NCBI RefSeq assembly: GCF_009914755.1
Contig: NC_060927.1
Reading direction: 5' to 3' (one strand)
Origin: the human T2T-CHM13v2.0 reference genome, Homo sapiens
DNA length: 64,000 nt
Shown here: in pieces, positions 52,111-64,000 of the stretch
Position numbering within the stretch: position 1 is the stretch's first letter
Layout of the letters: every line of letters begins with the position of its first letter
Notes under the pieces: generated by a model
What the model was told of the DNA's origin: nothing
What the model saw: only the letters and a program-made list of their open reading frames with translations
The model's database searches: none
Program-made: the position numbers and the translations under genes

Positions 52111-52566
52111 TGTTATAGACTGAATGTTTGTGTTTTCTACCCAATAAACATGATATGATAAGGTCCTAATCCCCCAGGTGACTGTATTTGGAGATGGGGC
52201 CTTGAAGGAAATAATTAAAATTAGATAAGATCATAAAGGTGGGGCCCTGATCTTACAGGATTTATGTCCTTACGAAAGAGATACCAGAGCACTAATACAC
52301 ACTCCCTCCTCTCCCCGTCCTTCTTCACACTTTCCCTGTCCACTCCCACTTTCTGTTTTTCTCTCCCTCTTTCCAGCATGTGAGTACTCAGAAGACAGCC
52401 GTCTGCAACTCAGAAGGAAGTCTCACCAAAAACTGAAGCCTACCAGGACCTTGATCTTGGACTTCCCTGCCAGCTAGAACTGTGAGAAAATAAATAAGTA
52501 CATATTTGTTGTTTGCACCACCCACCCTATAGGATTTTGTTATGGCAGCCCTAGCAGACTAATACA
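52111..52566 (+). mobile_element. MLT1A-like MaLR solo LTR
   Basis: tgttatagactgaatgtttgtg ... ttgttatggcagccctagcagactaataca. Confidence 0.88.
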
Positions 52567-52809
52567 TGCAGTGTTTTGATATAAATTTATTAAAGAAACT
52601 TCTTTATTTGCTTACCATTCCCTGACCAAAAAAGAAAAAACTAGACTCGGGGGTTAAGGATTTCTTCTGATTAGCAACAACATCTACAAAATACTTGTAG
52701 TTACGGTCTAAATTAAAATAAGGTCAGGAATCATTTTATAGCTTAGGTAAACAAAATCAACCTCCTATAACAAACATAATTTTAAGCAAACAAAGTAAAG
52801 TGTGTATGG

Positions 52810-53082
52810 CAGGGCTTCTCAAGCTCAGCCCTGTTGACATCTGGGGCTAGATCCTTCTTTGCTGTGGGGCTGTCATGTGCTTTGCAGGATGCTTAGCAAC
52901 ATCCCTGGCCTCTTTCCAACAGTTGCCAGTGGCACCCCTTCCAGTTGTGACAATAACAATGTCTTCAGACACTTCCCTGGCCTCTTTCCAACAGTTGCCA
53001 GTAGCACCCCTTCCAGTTGTGACAATAACAATGTCTTCAGACACTTTCTGAGAACAAAATTGCTACTTAGTAAGAATCACTG
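52810..53082. mobile_element. MER20 with internal 72-bp tandem duplication
   Basis: Termini cagggcttctcaa ... aagaatcactg; 52902-52973 repeated at 52974-53045 with one mismatch. Confidence 0.9.
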
Positions 53083-53445
53083 TTTAATAAAGTGTTACCT
53101 CATCTCTACATGGCCCTTTCTCCACCCTTTACACCTGCCTTTACCTAGAAAACACTTACACATGATTAAATGGTTAGCTGAGACATTGCCTCCTCCTGAA
53201 AGCCCTCCCTGACTTCCCAGAGCAGCTAGGTGCCCCTCCTCTGGATTTCATTAACCCTTCTTTCTTCATCTGAATTATGGTATCTGTCACTCTTTATGGC
53301 AATTGCCTGATGATCCTCCAGTAGACTGTAAGTTCCTTGGGATCAGGACTGACTTACTGCTCATGTCATACTCCCAGTGCCTGGTAGAGTGAGCTATATT
53401 TGAGAGACATTGGAGAATTGTTTGTGGATAAAGAAAGTAGGTGAG

Positions 53446-55738
53446 GGCCCACAGCTCTCATTATACGCATGGTAAAAAGCTGAAAGCTCTAAGATCAGAA
53501 ACAAGACAAAGATGCCCACTCCCATCACTTATATTCAACACAGTGGTGGAAGTTCTAGCCTGAGCGATAAGGCAAGAAAAAGAAATAAAAGGCATCCAAA
53601 TAGTAAAGAAAGAAATACAATTGTTTCTGTTTGCAGATGACATAATCTTGTATGTAGAAAACACTAAAGACTTCACCAAAAACCTGTTAAAAATAATAAA
53701 TGAATTTGGTAAAGTTACAAGATACAAAATCAACATACAAAAATCAGTTGTGTTTCTGTACACTAACAAAAATATCTAAAAAAGAAGTAAAGAAAATTTT
53801 ATTTACAATAGCATCAAAAAGAATAAAACACTAAATTTAGAAATAAATTTAACCAAGGATATGAAAGATCTGTATGCTGAAAAATATAAAACAGTGATGA
53901 AAGAAATTAAAGAAGCTGCAAAGAAATGAAAATATATTTCAGGTTTAGAAATTGGGAGAATTAATATTCTTAAAATGTCCATAAAACCCAAAGTAATTTA
54001 CATATTCAATACAATGTCTATCAAAATTCCAATGATATTTCTTACAGAAATAGAATAAACAATTCTAAAATTCCTATGGAACCACAAAAGCCCTAACTAT
54101 CCAAAGCAATCTTGAGCAAGAAGAAGAAAGCTGGAGGCATCACATTACCTGCTTTTAAACAATATTACAAAGCAATAGTGATCAAAACAGTATGGTAATG
54201 GCATAAAAACAGACAAAGACTAATGGAACAGAATAAAGAACCCATCAATAAATCCATGAATATATGGTTGACTAATCTTTGACAAAAATGCCAAGAATAC
54301 ACAATGGGAGAAGAATAGTCTCTTCAAAAAAATGATGTTAGGAAGGCTAGATATTTACATGCAAAAGAATGAATTTAGACAGTTATATCATATGTAAGAA
54401 TCAACTCAAAATGGATTAAAGACTTACATGATCAGAAACCATAAAAATCCTAGGAAAAAACATATGGGAAAAGCTTCTTGACATTGGCCTTGGGTATTAT
54501 ATTTTGGATATGACACCACAAGCACAGTCAACAAAAACAAAAATAAATAAGTGAGACTATATCAAATTAAAAGTTTCTGCACACAAAAAGAAGAAAAACA
54601 AATCAATAAATTGAAAAGGCAGCCTGTGGAATAAAAGCCTGTATTTGCAAACCATATATCTGATAAAGGATTAAAATCCAAAATATATAAGAAAACCATA
54701 CAACTCAATGGCAATTAATAAACATATAAATAGAATAATCTGATTAAAAATTGGACAAAGGATCTGAACAAACATTTTTCAAAACAAGATAGACAAATGG
54801 CCAACAAGTATATAAAAGTGCTCAACATGGATAATTATCAAGAAAAGGCAAATTGAAACCATAATGAGATGTCACCTTACACTTGTTAGGATGGCTATTA
54901 TCAGTCAAATAATAACAAGTACTGGCAAGGATGTGGAGAAAAGGGAACCCTGGCAATGTTAGTGGGATTGTAAATTGATACAGCCATTATTGAAAACACT
55001 ATGGAGCTTCCTCAGAAAAACTAAAAATAGAATTACTATATGATCCCTCAATCCCACTGCTAGGCCTGTATCCAAAGGAACTAAAATCTATCTTGAAAAG
55101 ATATCTCCACTCCCATGTTCAGCAGGATTTTTAAAAACAGCCAAGATATGAAAACAACCTAAGTGTCCACCAATGAATGAATGTGTAAAGAAAATGCGGT
55201 ACATATACACAATGGAACACTATTCAGCCTTAAAATTGAAGGAGATCCTGCCATTTGTGACAAAATGGATTAATCTAGAGGACATTCTACTAAGTGAAAT
55301 AAGCCAGACACAGAAAGACAAACACTGCATGCATGATCTCACTTACGTGTGGAATGCAAAGAAGTTGAGGTCTTAGAAACAAGGAGTAAAAAAGTGGTTG
55401 CTAAAAGCTAGAGGGTGGGGAAAATGAGAGGATTTTGGTCAAATGTACAAACTCTCAATTATAAAATGAACCCGTTCTGGAGATCTAATGTGCAACATAG
55501 TAGCTATAATTAATAATAATGTATCGTATACTTCAAATTTGCTAAAAGACTAAATATTAAGCATTCTCATCACATAATACACACACACAATGGTAACTAT
55601 AAGAGGTAATGGATATGTTAATTAGCTTGATTGTGATAATCACTTCATAAGATATACATATATCAAACCATCATGTGGTACACCTTAATTATACACAATT
55701 TTTGTGTGTCAATTATACCTGAATAAAGCTGAGAAAAA
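53446..55738 (+). mobile_element. 5'-truncated L1MA (L1MA8/9-like), ~2.3 kb: disrupted ORF2 RT/C-terminus plus 3' UTR
   Basis: RT motifs 'caaagatgcccactcccatcacttatattcaac' (QGCPLSP-like) and 'ctgtttgcagatgacataatc' (LFADD); 3' end 'attatacctgaataaagctgagaaaaa'. Confidence 0.93.
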
Positions 55739-56049
55739 TGCCTATTAAGACGGGGGAAATTTACATTTCAAGAAATCATAGAAAAATACTATCATGACTT
55801 AAGAATTTCTCAGTTGGAAGTGAGCGTTAACACTTCAGGCCATTAATTGGCTACTGCTGGTATAGACAGGAGTTTATTAAACATTTAGAATGGAATAAAC
55901 CACTAAACTAGAAAATTTGTTGGTTTGAAAAAACGAAAAAGGAAAGAAAGAAAGTAAGCCAAGTAATAATATCAGCACCACTGTATGAAGGATAAAACTG
56001 AGGTCAAGCCAATCAACTCACTTCCTTGTCCAAGGCTAGGTAAATTCAG

Positions 56050-56735
56050 CTGATTTTACTTCCTAAATTTCTCTAGATTCCATATATTTCTCTCCATCTC
56101 CATGGAAATCAACCACATCCAATCATCATTTCTCTTCCAGCCCTCTTGTACCCCTTCCAGACCACCCATTGGTACCCAAATGTCAGCCTTGTAGTCTTTC
56201 AGAACCCAAGTCTGATCATAACTATCCAACCTATAACCTTCAATGGCCTCCCTGGATATATCTAACCTGATAGGAAAGCCCCCGCCTGTCTCCACCCATC
56301 TCCCACCTTCCCCCACCACTCTCCAGAACTCTCTGACCTTCTTTCTGCTCCTAATGGGGGCAATTCCCTTCCACATCAGGGCATCAGCATATACTTCTTC
56401 TTTTTCTGGAATGTTCTGTTCTTTCTTTTCACCTAACAAACTTTTCTCTTCCTTCTGCTGTCAGTACTGATGTCACTTGTTCCTCCTTCTTCACTATCCC
56501 ACAGCATGATCTAGATCAAGTCCTCCTGCTCTAGGCTCTCACGGCCCCTATACCTTTCCTTCATGGCACTTACCATAATTTCTAACTACTGTATATATTG
56601 TTGACTTTATATTTTTAATGTCTGTCTTTGCCACCCTTCCTCTAAAATATAAATTTCGTAATAGTAAGTCTATAGTTATTGCGCATAACATTACACAATA
56701 CCCTGGCAGATAGCAGGCACTCAATAAATATTTAT
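56050..56735 (+). mobile_element. L2
   Basis: Ends 'cctggcagatagcaggcactcaataaatattt'. Confidence 0.8.
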
Positions 56736-56768
56736 GGGAGGAAGGAGAAAAAGAATAAAGGAAGAAAT

Positions 56769-56828
56769 GGAAGGAAGGAAGGAAGGAAGGAAGGAAGGAA
56801 GGAAGGAAGGAAGGAAGGAAGGAAGGAA
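56769..56828 (+). repeat. (GGAA)15 microsatellite
   Basis: 15 uninterrupted units just after the L2 tail. Confidence 0.97.
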
Positions 56829-57632
56829 AACTATGATTAATAGGCAAAATATAAAAAACAGAACTATCATTGATAGTGGTAGCCTTAAAGAAAATTCCCC
56901 TTTTCTCTCCCCTTGGACAAGAACTCCCAGACCTTCTTCCCATATTAAACCATCGACTCATCTAATCTATCATGTAAGCAATAGTTGTTTGGAATCTGCT
57001 ACACACACAAAAGAAAATGAATTAGAAATCAATAGAGCTTGTGACCTTTAAAGGAAATGACATTTTGCAGAATGTATCTGTGGCATGTTGACTACACAAT
57101 GGTTCTCGGGCAGCATGCGCACCTCCAGAGACATATTTAAGGTTTTCTTTCTCAATGTCTGCCTCCACTCAGACTGTGGTTGGGTTTTCCTCGCACGGAA
57201 ACATTGAGTTTAGGACCCATTCTTCCTGCAGACAGAGAAGGTCTTTGGAAATGGTGCTGCCTCTTGGCAGGGAGGCAGCGGTAGAGGGAAGAGTAAGGAA
57301 CAGTGCTAAAAGGGATTGGGAGACAGTAAAGACTGGCTCCCTCTGGAAATATTTGGAGAAGAGCAGTGGCAGCAAAGGGGATTACTTTCTCTCTCTTTTT
57401 ATTGATGTTTTCTCTGGTCAAAAATGGGGAGAACACAGAACCCTGGCATCTCCCAGAGCTGCACAGGTAAGTATGAGTCTCAACAAAATGGGTGCTTTAG
57501 ATTGGCTTGGCATTCTGGGCTAAATCTCATTTGCCCGGCTCCTCTGCCCCCCGGACTTGCCCCTCCCTGTGTTCCCATGTAGGACATTCTGACCTCTATC
57601 TCTCAAATGCTGCAGACTTGTAAATTCCCACT

Positions 57633-58030
57633 TGTAATTGTAAATTTTAATTTTAAACATCAGTCTAGCTGTTGCTATAAAGCAATTTTTTTATGAGATT
57701 TCCATTTAAATTGGTAGACTTTCAGCAAAGTAGATTACCCTCAATAATGTAGGTAGGCCTCATCCAATTTAAGGTGGTGTGAAAGGCAGAATTCCACATT
57801 CCTTGGGGAATCTCAGTCTTTTCTCTAAAGACCTTTAAGTCTGTCTTTAGACGAGGGCTACAACATCAGTTCTCCCTGGATCTCCAGCCTGCAGCCTGCC
57901 TTGCAGATTTCAGACTTTCCAGCTTCCACAATCATGTGAGCCAATTCTTTAATATAATTTCCTCTCTTTTTCTCTCTATGTCTACATATACTATTGGTTC
58001 TATTTCTGTGGAGATCCCTGACTAATATAC
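57633..58030 (+). mobile_element. MLT2 (ERVL) solo LTR with an internal inversion
   Basis: 'agtagattaccctcaataatgtaggtaggcctcatccaat' and 'cttccacaatcatgtgagccaattc...ctattggttctatttctgtggagatccctgactaata'. Confidence 0.85.
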
Positions 58031-58479
58031 CACTCCTCCTTCTCCTGATCACAAATGCACAGCTTTGGGTCTGGCCTCCTGAGCCTGCTAGGACCATTTG
58101 ATTAATTACATCTGGCTACATTATTGGATATGAACTGAGTGGGAGATTACTCTTCCCAGAAGAGACACACTGTAACTAACATCTACAAGTATATTCATAG
58201 ACTGATACCAAACTATCATACTCCCAGACAACCAAGAACAAGCATCAGCATGTCCATTTTTAAAATAAGGAAAGTAAGACCAAGGGAGGTAAATGGTATG
58301 CCCAAACTTACATGTCTAATAAGTGTCAGTGAGGACACAACCCCCCGTGTGTTTTTTCTCAGTTCTGGCTCATTTCTGGATGCTGTATTGCTCTTCCTGG
58401 AGCCAGGATCTTGACATTCAAGAGTCGAATTGCTGGGACCCTGAGACCTAGTGTCGGACAGAGGGAGAAGCTGCAAAAT

Positions 58480-58680
58480 GTGGCAGAAAGAACTTGAATT
58501 TCAATTGAGTCAGATTGGGTGAAGCATCCCACCTGTGCTGCTAACTCCCTGTTGGGGCTTGGGCAGTCATTTCATCCCTCTGAGCCTCAGTTTACCCATA
58601 TTTAAAAGGAGGAGATTGGACTAGACTAGATGACTGATTTCTAGGAGGAATCTCTTTCTATAGCCTTTAAAGTCCTATGA
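58480..58680 (+). mobile_element. MIR
   Basis: 'ttgggcagtcatttcatccctctgagcctcagtttacccatatttaaaagg'. Confidence 0.8.
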
Positions 58681-58740
58681 TTGGAGAGAAATGGTCAAAA
58701 ACCAAAAGTAAATGAACCCAAGAGAGGAACAAAGGTTTCT

Positions 58741-58741
<1 letters not shown>

Positions 58742-58784
<43 letters not shown>
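58742..58784. repeat. (TG)n microsatellite
   Basis: About 21 uninterrupted units. Confidence 0.97.
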
Positions 58785-58786
<2 letters not shown>

Positions 58787-59697
58787 TTGTTTTCATCACT
58801 TCTCCTGGCTGCCAGAGTCTGTTTTGAGTTTTTCCACCCTTGACACCCGAGTCTGACACATCTCTCCAGCTCATAATGAGCTTTAATTCAAGTCACTGAT
58901 CAATAGCAGGAAACAGCAGCCCTGTTTCCCCTGCTTGTTTTCTCTATCTTCAATCTGCCAAGACAGATTAGGCTGTTTCCAAGGTCACTCAATATTCAGG
59001 GAGAGAATGGAAAGATATCTGGTAGGCTGTTCGTAGAACAAGGCTGCAAACAGACAAGATGAGAACCCAACTGTGTGTTCCGTGACAGATTCGATTTACA
59101 TCAAGGTCAAAAAGGGTATGTTTTCTTACTGAGTCTTTCTCTACCTCACAGTCACCGGCTTGTCCATCAGCTGCTGAGTTGGAGGTCTCCCCTAATGGAA
59201 TACTGACTTATGAGCACAAGACCAGCCTTGCCAGTCTAGGAGTGCTGTGTAATCTCATGATCCAAGGTGTCCCTTGCTATGCAAACTGCTTTATCAGTGT
59301 GTTAAAACATTCATCACTGGACTAAAGAGCAAGGCAGGGCACAGGGCTCCATTCCCTGCCAATAGAAGGCAGATTTTTTTTGTTGCTATGGCTGAAGTCT
59401 AATCTCTTGATAGATACCAGCATCCAATCAGTTCCACAGGGTGCTTGTAGAGAAAAAAAAAAAATCTGTTCAGTCTTCACCTCTGAAGACATCCATAGAA
59501 GTTTTCTTGTTCAGAAAAACAACATAAGAAGCACCACATCACCATTTTCCCTCAATTATTTGGGAGGAAACTAGAAAAATAAGACTTGGAAGATGGCAAG
59601 TTCAAAAGGTTTTCAATTTCAGAGTTGTAAGCATTGGTTTAAAAATTGTAAAGATGAAACCCAGGCTGCAACATACAAAACTTGGGGGAAGATTTAC

Positions 59698-60082
59698 CTT
59701 GGGCTTAATTATGTCTCCACCAAAATTTATATGTTGAAGTCTGGAATACCAGTACTTCAGGATTTGACTATATTTGGAGATAAAGTCTATGAAGAGGTAA
59801 TTAAACTAAAATAATGCCATTAAGATGGATCTCAACCTAATATGGCTATTGTCCTTACAAGAAGAGGGAATTTGGACACAGACATACAAAGAGATAACCA
59901 CGTGAAGACACTGGGAGAAGATGGTTATCTGTAAGCCAAGGAGAGAGGCCTCAGAGGAAGCCAAGCCTCCTGATACCTTGATCTCAGCTTCTAGCCTCCA
60001 GGACTGAGAGAAAGTGGCTTTCTGTTGTTTAAGCCAGTCAGTCCATGCAACTCTGCTATTACAGCCCCAGGAAACTCATACA
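59698..60082 (+). mobile_element. MLT1B-like MaLR solo LTR
   Basis: 'gtgaagacactgggagaagatgg...gccaaggagagaggcctcagagg...cagccccaggaaactcataca'. Confidence 0.88.
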
Positions 60083-60620
60083 ATTCTCTCTAAAGGCACT
60101 GTAACATTTGCCAAACAACTAAAGAAGTACATTTAGATGTAGCATTCCCTCTCTGAACAGGTTTTCAATGACTACAAAAATGGTCAGTGTCTGGAAGCAG
60201 ATACATTCTAGGAAAAAATATAAATATAGTATGCATATATAGAGAGAAAAGAGAATAGAGAGATAGAGAAAGAAAGAGCGAGGCAGACTTTCTTCTAACC
60301 TCTTATTTTCTGTGATACTTTAAGAGTGTCAAACTCCACTCAGTGAACCACATAATTTTTAGAAGTAGCCCTTGGGTGTTGTTAAGAGATTTATTTACCC
60401 ATTCTCCAAATATTTATTGAATTCCCACTATGATACACTATTCTAGGCACTGTAGGTACAACTGTGAACAAAATTACTGCCCTAGTGGAGTCTCCACTCA
60501 TGGAATCAGGAGACAAACAAGTGAGTACATCTATAGTGTACCAGGCAGTAATGCATGCTAAGGAGGAAAATAAAGCAGGGAAAAGGAATTAATTGTTGGG
60601 AGTTATGATTTTAGACAGAG

Positions 60621-61743
<1,123 letters not shown>

Positions 61744-61946
61744 TCAGAAAGAGCCAGATCATGAAAGCCTCATGGGCCACTGAGATGGCTCTATTGCCCT
61801 CCAAAAGTCTAAGCATCCTCTACTGAATATGTGAAAATGACAAAATAAACTGGGAGTTGTCAGAACTCCAAAGGAATATTAGGGTCCAATGTAGGCCTGT
61901 TCCCACATTATGAAGATAAAGAAACAATGGGATCTATGATTTAGAG

Positions 61947-62170
61947 CAAGGGTTGGTAAATGATGACCCATAACCTAAATCCAGCCCACCACCTGTTTCT
62001 GTAAATAAAGTTTTTCTGACACTTAACCACAGCCATTCACTTACATATTGCATATGGTGGCTTTTGCATTACAATGATAGGGTTAAGTAGTTGCAGCACA
62101 GACCATATGGCCCACAAATGCTAAAATATTTCCTCCCTGTCTCTTTATTAAAAAAAGTCTGTTCACCATT
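61947..62170. mobile_element. MER58A hAT MITE
   Basis: MER58A body; perfect 8-bp TSD atttagag at 61939-61946 and 62171-62178. Confidence 0.9.
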
Positions 62171-64000
62171 ATTTAGAGAGTTAGTTATCTCAGTAATGAA
62201 AAGGAGCTGAGTTCAGAATAGGAAAGTCATCTTACATGGCTAATGAAAAACGCTGTAGCCCTTACCTACGTATGTAGTCCTGGTATGAGAGAGTACAAAG
62301 ATGAGAAGACAGAAACTTCCAAGCATCACCACGTTTTTCACTTCAAAGTAGTCTGGATATTGTCAGGTATATATCACTGAGTATCAGGTGGTGATTGGGA
62401 CAATAAAGAGAGACATTTAAATTGGCCAGTGACACGAGCTCTTCAGCAAGATGACACTTGCTTAGAAGTTATCAGAACAAAACAGAAGCTGATGTCCAGG
62501 ACATAGTGAAAATTTAGAAAAGCTGGACAAGAGAAGCCTTCACAGCCTTTGGAAAGACAATTCGAATCCTAAACCCTGGGGCAAGGAGAGGGAAGATTGC
62601 ATGCCCAGGTCTCACTCTGTCCTCCCCACTATACCTTCACGAAATGAGAACCCTTCCCTTCTTCATCTTTCTTTCCTCTGCTTAGGTTCCACCCCACTCT
62701 GAGCACTGAGGTAGAATAGCAAAATTCACCTTTAAATATGGAAATTCAGCTCCTCATTTTGTTAAAATTATACAGAACCAGAGACTAACATTTGCATTTC
62801 ACAGTCTCCAGATTCTCACAGACCTTGATGAGCCAAGAGGCAGTTAACACCAGTATTCCTGGGTAAACTGGCTTTTCTATTGGCAAATAAATCTTTTTAT
62901 ATTAAGGTGAAACAATAATAATCATTTTAAACAATCATGTGGAGTGTGATTACAAAACAGCTCATTTGGAAAGAACATTATCAGCTTATGAGATCCTCAG
63001 AGATTCTAAAACGGAAGGTGCTACGAATAAAACCAACTGTTATGGGGCTTTGTCATTTCCACAGCACATGAAGGCAAAATTCACACTTTAATACTGTAAT
63101 GAGAAAACAATGCAAATTCTGATTAAGTAAAAAGTGAAAGTACTTGTTACAGCCAAACCTAGCATCTCTCTTATCCTTGCTGGCATTACAGAGGAATCAA
63201 GGGGGGAATCTTCTAACCTTCTAAGGCGCCTCAGGTACCATTCAGGTCTGCATACTCAAATTCAAAGCATTCATCCTTTGGCGGCTGGGTAATAGGAGGG
63301 GTTTGCCAGCAAATGCAAACAATTATACCTTGCAATACTCCACTCACTTGCTATTTACCCAAGGTTTCCTGTAAGCAGAATCCCATCTGGCCCAGCTTAA
63401 GTCATGCTGACCTCGTTTCGATGGCATGTTTTCCATAGCAGTATAACCCCACTCACTTGGGCTTGTTGGTAAAATGTCAAGCCTGTGTTACACACAGAAG
63501 GGTCAAGAAAATTGAGTATTTTTCCTAAGATATCTCTGTATTACTTCCAAGTACTATAGTAACTCCTAGAACATGAAAAAAAAAAAAAAACTAGCACTCA
63601 TTTATTTGACAAAGGGTAATTGAACCCCATTCTGTACCAAATGCTGTCCAGGTGCTGAAGCTGCAACTGAGATTTTTTTCTTCGTGGAACTTTGTATCCA
63701 ACAGAGATGGGAAAAATGAGCAATCATCAGATTTATGGCCTTCTGTGAAGATGGCACGAAACCTGTCTCCTCCTGAGCATGGCAACCATCCCCCTTAATC
63801 TTATTTACACAAGGGCAAATATTATTTACCCTTCTTTCATAGAAAAAATTAAAGGTAGTTTTGAGCAAAGCCATTATCCAAATCATGAAATCTTGAAATC
63901 AAACGAATGCAATTTAATTCCTAATTGCAATGGTAAAGACTTTATTAACTTCCTGAGCTATCCATGCATACTTTTTCAGTTCATGTTGGTGTTTTCCTAT

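Noticed and set aside
53461-55376. ORFs overlapping the L1
   Set aside because: Fragments or antisense frames of a disrupted L1 ORF2; no intact frame.

Overview
Primate (human or ape-like) non-coding genomic DNA, roughly 40% GC and CpG-depleted, consistent with a gene desert or a large intron. I cannot place it on a chromosome from sequence alone. I find no credible protein-coding exon, tRNA/rRNA gene, CpG island or CRISPR array; the supplied ORFs arise from Alus, simple repeats, L1/L2/LTR relics or chance. About half the window is recognisable interspersed repeat: Alu/FLAM, MIR, L1M, L2, L3, ERV1/ERVL/MaLR solo LTRs, and hAT/Tigger DNA transposons, many with readable target-site duplications (TSDs). 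Subfamily names come from recalled consensus sequences, not a search. I did not find a demonstrably new biological system. The most interesting items are: (1) a ~1 kb frameshifted Gypsy/Ty3-type integrase fossil (8.3-9.3 kb); (2) a 167-bp duplication in a Tigger2a whose filler is an Alu fragment apparently copied from a neighbouring Alu; (3) a probable L1 3' transduction; (4) other template-switch scars, namely a perfect 20-bp hairpin in MER3, an AT-rich palindrome, a micro-inversion in MLT2 and near-perfect tandem duplications; (5) a good CTCF motif, two long GGAA microsatellites and several candidate enhancers.
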